Notes under the pieces: model-generated
The model's database searches: none
Seen by the model: only the letters and a program-made list of their open reading frames with translations
Told to the model about the DNA's origin: nothing
DNA from: a bacterium
GTDB lineage: Bacteria; Zhuqueibacterota; Zhuqueibacteria; Oceanimicrobiales; Oceanimicrobiaceae
DNA length: 64,000 bases
Reading direction: 5' to 3'
Assembly: GCA_037446635.1 (NCBI GenBank)
Contig: JBBIIG010000004.1
Coordinates: 76,186 to 140,185 of the forward strand
Program-made: the position numbers and the translations under genes
Part shown: positions 50,265-59,106 of the stretch, in pieces
Numbering within the stretch: position 1 is the first letter of the stretch
How the letters are laid out: each line of letters begins with the position of its first letter

Positions 50265-51020
50265 TTGCACACTCGAACTCGCAAACTCGCGGCCGCCTGG
50301 CTGATCCTCAGCTTTGGCTGCGCGCATCATTCGGTATCACAAAGCACACAGCAGCCGCGCCGGCTACCCAATGACATTCGCTGGGTTACGGAATCCATCG
50401 AATTTGCGGCGCTGTGCACGCAAGTCTATCGCAACGCCTGGCAGGTGGTGAAAGCCGCGGCCCCAAACGAAAGCCGCAACTGGGTGGTGGTGTTCGACGT
50501 CGATGAAACCGTGCTCGATAACTCCGGCTACGCCCTCGAGCGCGCCGCCATCGACTCCGGCTTCACCGAAGCCTCGTGGGCCAAGTGGGTGTTCCGCAAA
50601 GAAGCCGTCCCCATTCCCGGCGCGAAGGCGTTTATCGACAGCGTGCGCACCCTGCCGCGGGCGCACATTGCCTACATTACCGACCGGCTTTTTGCGCATG
50701 AACAAGCCACCATCGAGAATTTACAGAAACACGGTTTGTTCAAAGACGGCGACCTCATGCTCACCAAAACCAGCCGCGAGGATCAAAAAGAAGATCGCCG
50801 CCGCTGTTTGGAAAACGGTAGCGGCCGCTGCGAGACATCCGGGCCGCTGGTGATTCTCGCGCTTTTTGGCGACAACATCCGCGATTTCATCCCCGTGCGC
50901 GGCAAAGAAAACGCGCAAATTTATCGCACCGTGACGCTCGCCGAAGACGGGCGCTGGGGCACAAAATTTTTCATGCTGCCCAATCCAACGTATGGAGCAT
51001 GGGAGCGGGAGTATCAATGA
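50265..51020 (+). CDS. Class C acid phosphatase / 5'-nucleotidase lipoprotein (HAD, e(P4)-like)
   Basis: Lipobox LSFGC, DVDETVLDNS, GDN..DF, LPNPTYGAWE. Confidence 0.88.
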   Translation: MHTRTRKLAAAWLILSFGCAHHSVSQSTQQPRRLPNDIRWVTESIEFAALCTQVYRNAWQVVKAAAPNESRNWVVVFDVDETVLDNSGYALERAAIDSGFTEASWAKWVFRKEAVPIPGAKAFIDSVRTLPRAHIAYITDRLFAHEQATIENLQKHGLFKDGDLMLTKTSREDQKEDRRRCLENGSGRCETSGPLVILALFGDNIRDFIPVRGKENAQIYRTVTLAEDGRWGTKFFMLPNPTYGAWEREYQ

Positions 51021-51090
51021 CGGTAGGTAGTACGCAGTTGGCAGTTAGCAATTCACAATTGAACGTTCATCGTTCACAATTCACCATTTG
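51021..51090. repeat. 7-nt periodic array after stop codon
   Basis: CGGTAGG-TAGTACG-CAGTTGG-CAGTTAG-CAATTCA-CAATTGA..CGTTCA-CAATTCA-CCATT. Confidence 0.65.
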
Positions 51091-51137
51091 ATTTTCAACC
51101 GAAAGCTGTTTATATTTTTGAAATTCTAGATTGGAAA

Positions 51138-51941
51138 ATGGCGCGAGACAATCTCCCCTTCTACAAATTCTCTGCCACCGGCAACGATTTCATTTTGATC
51201 GACAACCGCGAGCGCATCGTTGACGCGAACGACGTGGAATTCTTTCGGCAAATTTGCCAGCTCCGGGTTTCTGTGGGCGCGGACGGCGTGCTGCTCATCG
51301 AGCCCTCCAGTGAATTCGATTTCCAATTGCGCTATTTCAACGCCGATGGCAGCGCAACCGAATGCGGCAACGGCGCCCGCAGCGCGGCGTATTTCGCCTT
51401 CAAAAACAAAATCGCTGATCGCAAAATGCGCTTCCGCTTCGACGACGCCGTTTATGAAGCCGCAGTGAACAACGCTTTCGTCAAACTGAAACTCCCCCCG
51501 CCGCGGGACTGGCGCGAGGCAACCGGAATTTTAGAAGAAGACTTTTTGGAGGCCGGCGGATTCATCAACACCGGCGTGCCGCACTTCGTGGTGTTCGCCA
51601 GCGAAATCGAAAATCACGACGTGCACGGGCTGGGGCAAAAGTATCGTCATCATCCGCATTTCCAGCCTGCGGGCGCCAACGTCGATTTTGTGGAAGTCCT
51701 CTCCCCTACTCAAATCAAAGTGCGCACCTATGAGCGCGGCGTGGAGAAAGAAACGCTGTCGTGCGGCACCGGCTGCGTGGCCTCGGCAGTGGTGGCGCAC
51801 CGCAAAAAGGGCACACGCTTCACCACGGAAGTGCTGACACCCGGCGGAACGCTGCGGGTGTCACAGGAGGAGGAAAGTGGACCGGCATATTTGGAAGGCG
51901 AAGTGAAGCTGGTTTACGAAGGCAAGTTGATCACGCCGTGA
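51138..51941 (+). CDS. dapF: Diaminopimelate epimerase
   Basis: GNDF, GADG, NADGS..CGNG, GVPH, RTYERG..TLSCGTG. Confidence 0.95.
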   Translation: MARDNLPFYKFSATGNDFILIDNRERIVDANDVEFFRQICQLRVSVGADGVLLIEPSSEFDFQLRYFNADGSATECGNGARSAAYFAFKNKIADRKMRFRFDDAVYEAAVNNAFVKLKLPPPRDWREATGILEEDFLEAGGFINTGVPHFVVFASEIENHDVHGLGQKYRHHPHFQPAGANVDFVEVLSPTQIKVRTYERGVEKETLSCGTGCVASAVVAHRKKGTRFTTEVLTPGGTLRVSQEEESGPAYLEGEVKLVYEGKLITP

Positions 51942-51960
51942 TGCAGGGTTGTCAACATGA

Positions 51961-52015
51961 AAGTTGGCAGTTGACAATTGGCAATTCACCATTCACAATT
52001 CACCATTGACCATTG
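51961..52015. repeat. 7-nt periodic array
   Basis: AAGTTGG-CAGTTGA-CAATTGG-CAATTCA-CCATTCA-CAATTCA-CCATTGA-CCATTG; related to 51021-51090. Confidence 0.75.
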
Positions 52016-52456
52016 CGTGAAAATCAAATTTATACCATTGGGCATTCCACCCACGCCATCGAAACATTTCTCGGCTTGCTGCACAGGCACGGCATCAAAT
52101 GTGTGGTCGATATTCGCCGATTCCCGACCTCCCGCAAACATCCGCAATTTTTGAAAGAGAATTTGGTGCAGAGTTTAACGCAAACCGGCATCAACTATGT
52201 TTGGCTGGGCGGGCAATTGGGCGGATTTCGAGACGGCGGTTACGAAGTCTACCTCGCAACCGATTCATTTCAAAAAGGTTTAACAGAATTGATGTTACTG
52301 GGCAGTCAGCAGCCGACGGCGTTTCTCTGCGCCGAGGCGCTGTATTTTCGCTGCCACCGTCGCTTCATCGCCGATGAATTGACGCGGCAAAATTGGCGTG
52401 TGCTGCACATCCTGCCCGACGGCAAGCTTCACGAACATCCCGCGAGTCTCTTATGA
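52013..52456 (+). CDS. DUF488 family protein
   Basis: IYTIGHS, VDIRRFPTSR, LGG, CAE..CHR. Confidence 0.9.
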   Translation: MRENQIYTIGHSTHAIETFLGLLHRHGIKCVVDIRRFPTSRKHPQFLKENLVQSLTQTGINYVWLGGQLGGFRDGGYEVYLATDSFQKGLTELMLLGSQQPTAFLCAEALYFRCHRRFIADELTRQNWRVLHILPDGKLHEHPASLL

Positions 52457-52932
52457 ACAAAATCATCATCGATGGCTACAACATGATTCATCTCGTGCCG
52501 GATCTCCGGCAGTTTTTGGATGACAGTTTGGAACGGGCGCGAGACGAGCTGATTCGCAAGCTCAAATCGTATTTGTTGAATAAGAAAGTTTACATCGCGG
52601 TGGTGTTCGACGGTAATCATCCCGTCGGCGGCCAGAGCTTTGAGCGAAATCAAAACCTCGAAATCAAGTTTTCAAACTATCCGTTCAAAGCCGATCCGCT
52701 GATTAAAAAGCTGATTCAAAAAGAACAGCAAAAAGGCGCGCTGACTATCGTCACCCACGATTCTGAGATCGCAGCGTTTGCGGCGGCGGAACACGCCGCG
52801 GTGCTTTCGCCCGCAGAATTTTGGGGACGCCTGACCAAACGCCAACCAGAGAACGGGATTTTCGATAAATTCGACCGCGAGCTTTCCGACGACGAGCTGG
52901 CGGAATGGAAAAATATCTTCGGTGTCAAATAA
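52453..52932 (+). CDS. NYN domain (YacP/Rae1-like) protein
   Basis: IIDGYNMIH..ARDELI..VVFDG..AD..VTHD. Confidence 0.85.
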   Translation: MNKIIIDGYNMIHLVPDLRQFLDDSLERARDELIRKLKSYLLNKKVYIAVVFDGNHPVGGQSFERNQNLEIKFSNYPFKADPLIKKLIQKEQQKGALTIVTHDSEIAAFAAAEHAAVLSPAEFWGRLTKRQPENGIFDKFDRELSDDELAEWKNIFGVK

Positions 52933-52933
52933 C

Positions 52934-52965
52934 CCGTAGGGGCACGACGCGTCGTGCCCCTACGG
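52934..52965. repeat. GTAG-type REP, perfect 32-bp palindrome
   Basis: CCGTAGGGGCACGACG|CGTCGTGCCCCTACGG. Confidence 0.9.
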
Positions 52966-52974
52966 CTACTCAAC

Positions 52975-54348
52975 ATGACAACCAACCCAAATCTCGACGA
53001 ACGACTTCTGAGGCGCCGCAAGGCCCTGGTCACCGGCATGGTGGCGCTGACGGTGCTGGTGCTGTTCGCGGTCATCTTCGGCGCGTGGAATTTTCTGCAG
53101 CGCATGGAAATTTATCTTGAAGAGGAATTAGGCCGGCGGCTGCTGTCGGTCGCCACGCTGACAGCGAAAGTCATCGAATCAACGGACTTCCCATTTTTCG
53201 TGGAGTCGGAACGTTACGCGCTGATTTTGCCCTCGCTGCGGGAGGTGCTTAATGGCGTTCACAACGAAAACCAGTTGCAGGGCGTTTATCTCGTGGACGA
53301 AAATTATAAAGTCTTTGCCAGCAGCCGCAATATTTTTCCCTACGGCGAGCGGCTGACGTTTTTGGAAGAAGACAGCGCGACCGTGGCGCAAGCCGCGGCC
53401 GGCATCCCGGCGGCCGCGCCGATGCAAGTGTTAGAGGGCAACCGTTTCAAAAGCGCGTACGCGCCGGTGTTCGGGCCGCTGCGCGACGTGGTGGCGATTG
53501 TGGTGGTGCAGGCCAGCGCCGATTTTTTCGAACTGTTGGGCGTATTTCAAAGTGGCTTAATTGTCGGCGGCGTGGTCGGCATCGCGTTGGCGGGGCTGCT
53601 GTCGGCGTTTCTGTTTTGGGCGATCGCGCTGCTGGTGAAAACCCACGAGTCGCTGCGACAAAGTGAGCGGCTCGCCGCGATGGGTCAAATGGCCGCGACC
53701 GTGGCGCATGAAATTCGCAATCCACTGGGAATCATCAAAAGCACGGCGGACGTGCTGAACTCAAAATATAATTCCAAAGAGCAGCCGGATGAGTTGTTTG
53801 ATTTCATCCCCAGCGAAGTTCGGCGGCTCAACCGGCTGGTGAGCGATTTTCTGACCTTTGCCCGCGACCGGGAAATCCAACCGCTCGCTAATGATTTGCT
53901 GAGTACGGTGAAGAAAAGTCTAAGCTCGCTGGAAGACGAAATGCGCCACGCCAATGTCACACTTCAAACTGAGTTCGACGAACTGCCACCCGTGCAGCAC
54001 GACGAAGATGCCGTTAATCAGGTGCTGCTGAATTTGGCGCTCAATGGGATTCAGGCGATGAACGGCGGCGGCGAAATGACGGTGCGCGTGAAGCGAGATG
54101 CTCGCAAAGGCCGGGCGCTGGCGCGCGTGGAGGTGCAGGACAGTGGCTGCGGCATCGACGGCGATCTCGAAAAAATCTTCGAGCCGTTTTACACCACCAA
54201 AACTTCCGGCAGCGGCCTGGGACTGGCCATCTGCAAACGCCTCGTGGAAAAACACGGCGGCTGGATAGAGGTGGAAAGCGAAAAGGGTCGGGGGACAACG
54301 ATGCGGGTGTTTTTGCCGGTGGAAAAAAGAAGCCCCTATGAACATTAG
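52975..54348 (+). CDS. Sensor histidine kinase (NtrB/AtoS-like)
   Basis: 2 TM helices, H-box AHEIRNPL, N-box, DSGCG, FEPFYTTK, GSGLGLAI. Confidence 0.93.
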   Translation: MTTNPNLDERLLRRRKALVTGMVALTVLVLFAVIFGAWNFLQRMEIYLEEELGRRLLSVATLTAKVIESTDFPFFVESERYALILPSLREVLNGVHNENQLQGVYLVDENYKVFASSRNIFPYGERLTFLEEDSATVAQAAAGIPAAAPMQVLEGNRFKSAYAPVFGPLRDVVAIVVVQASADFFELLGVFQSGLIVGGVVGIALAGLLSAFLFWAIALLVKTHESLRQSERLAAMGQMAATVAHEIRNPLGIIKSTADVLNSKYNSKEQPDELFDFIPSEVRRLNRLVSDFLTFARDREIQPLANDLLSTVKKSLSSLEDEMRHANVTLQTEFDELPPVQHDEDAVNQVLLNLALNGIQAMNGGGEMTVRVKRDARKGRALARVEVQDSGCGIDGDLEKIFEPFYTTKTSGSGLGLAICKRLVEKHGGWIEVESEKGRGTTMRVFLPVEKRSPYEH

Positions 54349-54444
54349 TCAAATAACTCAAATGATTATCATACAGTCTTTTTCTTGCGAAGAATCTGTT
54401 TATTTCATATTTTCACCAGAATTCCATTTTAAGAAAGGTCAGAG

Positions 54445-54834
54445 ATGACTGATGAAAATGCCGAAGATTCTAAATCCGATAAGGTTCCTCAAAAACCGGA
54501 AAAGTATGTCGAAAAAACTTTGCTTTCCTCCCTTGAACAAAGATTGGTTGATTCAAAGTCTCCACAAGAAACCATTTTATGGACTCAGGTTCGTGGAGAA
54601 ATAATTCGACAAAACGAAGAAAGTGAGGAACAAAACCATCGGCGGTTATTGGAAAAAATACAATTAATATTTAAAATGGGGTTCTCAATCATAACTTTCA
54701 TAGTGGGTACTCTACTTGTATTAAACGGATTTTCTTTTGTGGGGTTATTTATGATCGGAGCCGGGCTTTATGGACTGGCCCCAGATTTTGTAAAGAGTTT
54801 TTTTAAAAAGCATCCAAGAGGTAAAAATGACTAA
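54445..54834 (+). CDS. Hypothetical 2-TM membrane protein
   Basis: AT-rich ORF with a charged helical N-terminus and two C-terminal hydrophobic segments. Confidence 0.6.
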   Translation: MTDENAEDSKSDKVPQKPEKYVEKTLLSSLEQRLVDSKSPQETILWTQVRGEIIRQNEESEEQNHRRLLEKIQLIFKMGFSIITFIVGTLLVLNGFSFVGLFMIGAGLYGLAPDFVKSFFKKHPRGKND

Positions 54835-55468
54835 AACTTTGTCGAATCTTTTTCCGGGAATCTTGCTTGCACTTCTGAGCGTCTCTCTGCTTTTTCTAGT
54901 CAGTAGCTCTAAAACACCATCGGGTGTACAGGAATTATTGATCATTATCGCAGGCATGACTACTCTCGCCGCAGTCACTGCTTTTCAGAGATTTGTTGAA
55001 AATCAAAATCACAATTCTATGATCCAGCTTTCATTTAACGAATTCTTTGTCAGCAGAAGCATTTCCGAGGGATTGCCAGAACCGAAAAAAATGGATGTGG
55101 AACTTGAGAACATCCAAGAGTCGCCAATTTATCCATGGGATTTAACGCCGGGACAATTGGTTGCTATCGATAATTCTTTAGCTTTGGCAAAATTAAGAAT
55201 GGATATCGAAAAGGAACTCCGTAGAATTGCTTATGAAAACAAGATCGACATCAGGACGCGCCCTCTTGGAGTTATCGGTCTCGCGAATGAATTGATAACA
55301 GCGCAAATCTTACCGACTTCTTCGCTTGAAGCACTAAAAGAGATCATATCGGCATGTAATCAAGCCATACACGGAGCAGACGTTTCTGACGAGACCGCCG
55401 CCTCTGTGGTAAGAGTCGGTAGTCAGCTCTTGGAACGACTACGTCTGGCCTCGATGAAGAGTAATTAA
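54827..55468 (+). CDS. 2-TM protein with C-terminal HEPN/DUF4145-like helical domain
   Basis: Two N-terminal TMs; LAKLRMDIEKELR...ACNQAIHG resembles the HEPN RxxxxH region. Confidence 0.5.
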   Translation: MTKTLSNLFPGILLALLSVSLLFLVSSSKTPSGVQELLIIIAGMTTLAAVTAFQRFVENQNHNSMIQLSFNEFFVSRSISEGLPEPKKMDVELENIQESPIYPWDLTPGQLVAIDNSLALAKLRMDIEKELRRIAYENKIDIRTRPLGVIGLANELITAQILPTSSLEALKEIISACNQAIHGADVSDETAASVVRVGSQLLERLRLASMKSN

Positions 55469-55574
55469 TGTGACGACGTTACTCAAAAATTGGAGAGAAA
55501 AGAACAACGATCCCATTCAACGCGTAAGCTCTCGTCCGGATTTAGATTTTTCTAACCCAAACAATCTCACTCCC

Positions 55575-56930
55575 ATGCCCCAACACACCATCCTCATCAT
55601 CGACGATGAACCCAAGATGTGCAAAGTGCTGAAATTCGCGCTGGAGCCGGAGGGCTACGCCGTCGCCACGGCGGAGAACGCAGAAGCCGGCCTCGAGCTG
55701 TTTTCCAAAAATTCGTTCGACCTCGTCATCACCGATCTCAAAATGCCGGGCAAAGACGGCCTGCACGTTTTGGGCGCGGTAAAAAAGCAGCGTCCGGAAA
55801 CCGAGGTGATCATGATGACCGCCTACGCCACGGCGCAGAACGCCGTCGAGGCCATGAAAAAGGGCGCGTACGACTACATCATCAAGCCGTTCGAGATGGA
55901 TGAGCTGAAGCTCAAAGTCCGCCACATTATGGAAAAGCGCAAGCTGGTGGAAGAAAATGTCCATCTCAAAAAGGAGTTGAAAAATCGTTACTCTCTCGAA
56001 AACATGGTGGGACAAAGCGGCGTCATGCAGGAGGTGTATAAGTTGGTGGAGAAAGTCGCGGGCGCCGACGCTACGGTTTTGATTCGCGGGGAAAGCGGCA
56101 CCGGCAAAGAACTGGTGGCGCAGGCCATCCACCATTTGAGTCCTCGGGCCAGCGAGCCGTTCATCCCGGTAAATTGCGCAGCGCTGCCGGACAATCTGCT
56201 GGAGAGCGAGCTCTTTGGCCACGAAAAAGGCGCGTTCACCGGCGCGGACAAAATGAAGCCCGGTCGCTTCGAGTTGGCCGGCGCTGGCACCATCTTTTTG
56301 GATGAAATCGGCGACATCTCCCCTTCCACGCAAATCAAGCTGCTGCGCGTTTTGCAGAACAAAACCATTGAGCGGCTCGGCGGCGTCAAGACCATCGACG
56401 TGAAAGCCCGCACGATCTGCGCCACGAATCGCCATCTCGAACAAGCTCTCAAAGATCGCACCTTCCGCGAAGATTTGTACTACCGCATCAACGTTTTTCC
56501 CATCACCCTCCCTCCGCTGCGCGATCACAAAGAAGATATCCCTGATCTTGTGGCGCACTTTCTCAAGAAATTCGGCGGCGACGGCGCGGCCATCGATGGC
56601 AAAGCGCTGAGCCTGCTGATGAAATATCACTGGCCCGGCAACGTCCGCGAATTAGAAAACACCATTGAGCGGGCGCTGATTCTTTCCGGCACAGGCAAGA
56701 TTCACGAGCAGGACATTCCGCCGCACATCCGCACTCTGCCTTCGACGGCGGTGGGAAGCGACTCAATTGAAATTCCCAAAGAAGGACTCTCGTTGGAAGA
56801 GGTCGAAAAGAATCTCATTCGCGACGCCATCGCCAAAGCCGGCGGCAACAAAAGCAAAGCCGCCAAATTGCTGGGCATCACGCGGCGCAAGCTCTACTCG
56901 ATGATGGAGCGGCTGGGGTTGAGCCTCTGA
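55575..56930 (+). CDS. Sigma54-dependent NtrC/AtoC-family response regulator
   Basis: REC domain (IIDDE, TDLKMPG), GESGTGKE, ESELFGHEKGAFTGA, WPGNVRELEN, C-terminal Fis HTH. Confidence 0.96.
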   Translation: MPQHTILIIDDEPKMCKVLKFALEPEGYAVATAENAEAGLELFSKNSFDLVITDLKMPGKDGLHVLGAVKKQRPETEVIMMTAYATAQNAVEAMKKGAYDYIIKPFEMDELKLKVRHIMEKRKLVEENVHLKKELKNRYSLENMVGQSGVMQEVYKLVEKVAGADATVLIRGESGTGKELVAQAIHHLSPRASEPFIPVNCAALPDNLLESELFGHEKGAFTGADKMKPGRFELAGAGTIFLDEIGDISPSTQIKLLRVLQNKTIERLGGVKTIDVKARTICATNRHLEQALKDRTFREDLYYRINVFPITLPPLRDHKEDIPDLVAHFLKKFGGDGAAIDGKALSLLMKYHWPGNVRELENTIERALILSGTGKIHEQDIPPHIRTLPSTAVGSDSIEIPKEGLSLEEVEKNLIRDAIAKAGGNKSKAAKLLGITRRKLYSMMERLGLSL

Positions 56931-57095
56931 GTTACTGGAGTACTGGATTGGTGGATTCGTGAACGAGTACGTACAAACCGAAGTGTACTTTTGGGGTCAT
57001 TTCATTGCCTCTGAAAAAACACTGCTCCAAAAGTGTCCTCTTTAAGTGCGGAATTTACAATTTCATAAAACCCACGAGAGTTTCGAGGCCCTCGC

Positions 57096-57111
57096 TGGCA
57101 CTGGCTTTGCT
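57096..57111 (+). promoter_or_regulatory. Sigma54 (-24/-12) promoter
   Basis: TGGCAC-TGGCT-TTGCT, matching TGGCAC-N5-TTGCW, 36 nt upstream of the 57148 start. Confidence 0.8.
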
Positions 57112-57147
57112 TTTTGGCGGGTCGGTTGTCGTGGAAATTAAAAAATC

Positions 57148-58665
57148 ATGTTCAAATTCGCAGTTAAAATTTCGCTAATTATCATCTGCCTCTGCTCAAT
57201 AGCCTTCGCGCAAAATCCCAACCTCGGTGAGTTGCGCAGTCTGCTGGCACGGCTCGACGTCGAGCTGGAAAAAGCGCGGGACTTAATCCGCTCGTTTGAC
57301 AACCGCGACGCCCAGGTTTTACTCGCCGAGACAGAAAATCTCCGCAACCAAGCAGCCGACATCCTCGCGAAGTCCGACCCCCGCCCTGCGGAATTGCTCG
57401 AGGCTCGGCGTCATCTCCAAGCCGCGCGCATGAAATTAGAACAAGCTGTCAAACTCACTCTGGAAGGCACCATCAGAAGGTGGCGCAGTCGGCTGGAGCA
57501 GCTCCTGCAGCGGGCGGATCAGGAGGTCATTGGCAGCAACCACCCGGAGGCGGAGCGGCTGCTGCAATTGGCCAAGCAGCACCGCGACGCGGCCGATCGC
57601 GAGCTGAGCAATCGCGCGGTGCAAAAAGCGCTCGAGCATCTGCGGGTGGCGGTCAACTTAACGGAACAGGCACTTGATTTGGCTACTCGCAAGCTTGATG
57701 CCTTTCATGAAGAAGGTCGGCGCTTCGATACTCTGCGCGAGCGCGCCCGCGAGCTGGTGGAAAAAAGCTCGAACACGCGCGCCCGGGTTATTTTCAACCA
57801 GGCCGAAAAAATGGCCGAATCGGCGCTGCAAGCCTTCCGCAACGGCAACCCCCAGCTTTCCAAAAAATTTTATAATCAGGCGATTCTGCTTTTGCTGCGG
57901 GCAATGGATGTCGCAAAAGGCCAGTCAACAGAAACAGTGGATCAGGTGAGCCTGGCCCTATATCGACTGCGGGAGTCCATCGACAATTTTAAAAATACGC
58001 TCCAACCCAATGCGCCGGCGCGGGTGCAGCTAATTGTCGAAAGAGCCCGGCGGCTGGCGACGGAAGCGGAGTTGGCGGCGCAGCAAGGCCGCAGCCACGA
58101 AGCGCTTTGGAAAATCGAACTGGCAGAAAGCTTGGTGAAGCGTGCGCAGCGTTTGGCAAACGATCGCGGCGGCGGAAGATTGGCCAATCGCATCGCCGAG
58201 GAAATTGAAAATACCCGGCAGGACATCGTGGACGTCCGCGGCGATTTGAGCCTCGAAACTTCCCCCGACGCCGAAATTCTCGTGAGCATGGCCGAGCTCG
58301 CCCTCGCCAAAGGGGAGCAGGCGGCGACGGCCGGCGCCGACCGTTTCGCTCTGGAAGCGGTGCTCGTCGCCCAGCGCCTCCTCACCAAAGCCGAGCGCAT
58401 TTTGAATAAACAGGACGTCAACGGTTTCTCGAAAGAGCGCGTGGAAGCGCGGCTGGCGCAGTTGGATGAGGCGATGGCCGAATCCGAAAGCCGCATCGAT
58501 TTGGCGAAAGATGAATGGGCGCGCCGGCTGCTGCTGAGCGCAAAAGAGTTTCGGCGATTGGCAGCCGAATCGCTGCAAAAAGGGAATTATCACGCCGCCG
58601 ACGAAGGCGTGCAAGTGGCGTTCGATCTGCTCAGGAAGAGTTTAAAAAATGTCCCGAACAATTAA
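57148..58665 (+). CDS. Exported all-helical repeat protein of unknown function
   Basis: Signal peptide (..CSIAFA|QNP); recurring amphipathic helical units rich in A/L/E/R. Confidence 0.75.
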   Translation: MFKFAVKISLIIICLCSIAFAQNPNLGELRSLLARLDVELEKARDLIRSFDNRDAQVLLAETENLRNQAADILAKSDPRPAELLEARRHLQAARMKLEQAVKLTLEGTIRRWRSRLEQLLQRADQEVIGSNHPEAERLLQLAKQHRDAADRELSNRAVQKALEHLRVAVNLTEQALDLATRKLDAFHEEGRRFDTLRERARELVEKSSNTRARVIFNQAEKMAESALQAFRNGNPQLSKKFYNQAILLLLRAMDVAKGQSTETVDQVSLALYRLRESIDNFKNTLQPNAPARVQLIVERARRLATEAELAAQQGRSHEALWKIELAESLVKRAQRLANDRGGGRLANRIAEEIENTRQDIVDVRGDLSLETSPDAEILVSMAELALAKGEQAATAGADRFALEAVLVAQRLLTKAERILNKQDVNGFSKERVEARLAQLDEAMAESESRIDLAKDEWARRLLLSAKEFRRLAAESLQKGNYHAADEGVQVAFDLLRKSLKNVPNN

Positions 58666-58700
58666 CCTGAATCGTAACGAAATCTCAATTGCCGCGACGC

Positions 58701-58835
58701 GGATTAATAGATCAATGGATTAATGAAGTTTGGCGCAGAGCGACAGGCGTGGAGCGTAGAGCTTCAGATACCGATCCGCTTCGCGGAAAAGAGCATGGTG
58801 CGCTTCATCCACCACTCCATCAATCCATTACTCCA
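58701..58835. repeat. 8-nt periodic inverted array with nested 7-nt array
   Basis: GGATTAAT-AGATCAAT-GGATTAAT-GAAG ... GGCGCAG-AGCGACA-GGCGTGG-AGCGTAG ... CTTCATCC-ACCACTCC-ATCAATCC-ATTACTCC. Confidence 0.75.
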
Positions 58836-59106
58836 CAAGTGATAAAAAGGGGGTGATAACTAAAGAACAAGTTGGCTGTTGCAGTTTATCGTTGGAAAAA
58901 GAAAACAAAAAACCCCGCCCTGCCTGTCCGCTTGGCGGATCCGCTTCGCATGCCTGTGCAGGCAGGCGGACGCAGGCAAATGGAAATCGTTGACTGGGTC
59001 AAAGTTAAACGATTTCCGCAAGACGGGGCAAGAAAACAACCGCAATGTAAATCAGACCGCGAAATTTGTCAAACAAATTTTTCAGCGGATTTCAAGGAGG
59101 TACGCA

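Noticed and set aside
58879..59106. N-terminal extension of the 1088-aa ORF
   Set aside because: It runs through a palindromic repeat; the SD and signal peptide place the start at 59107.
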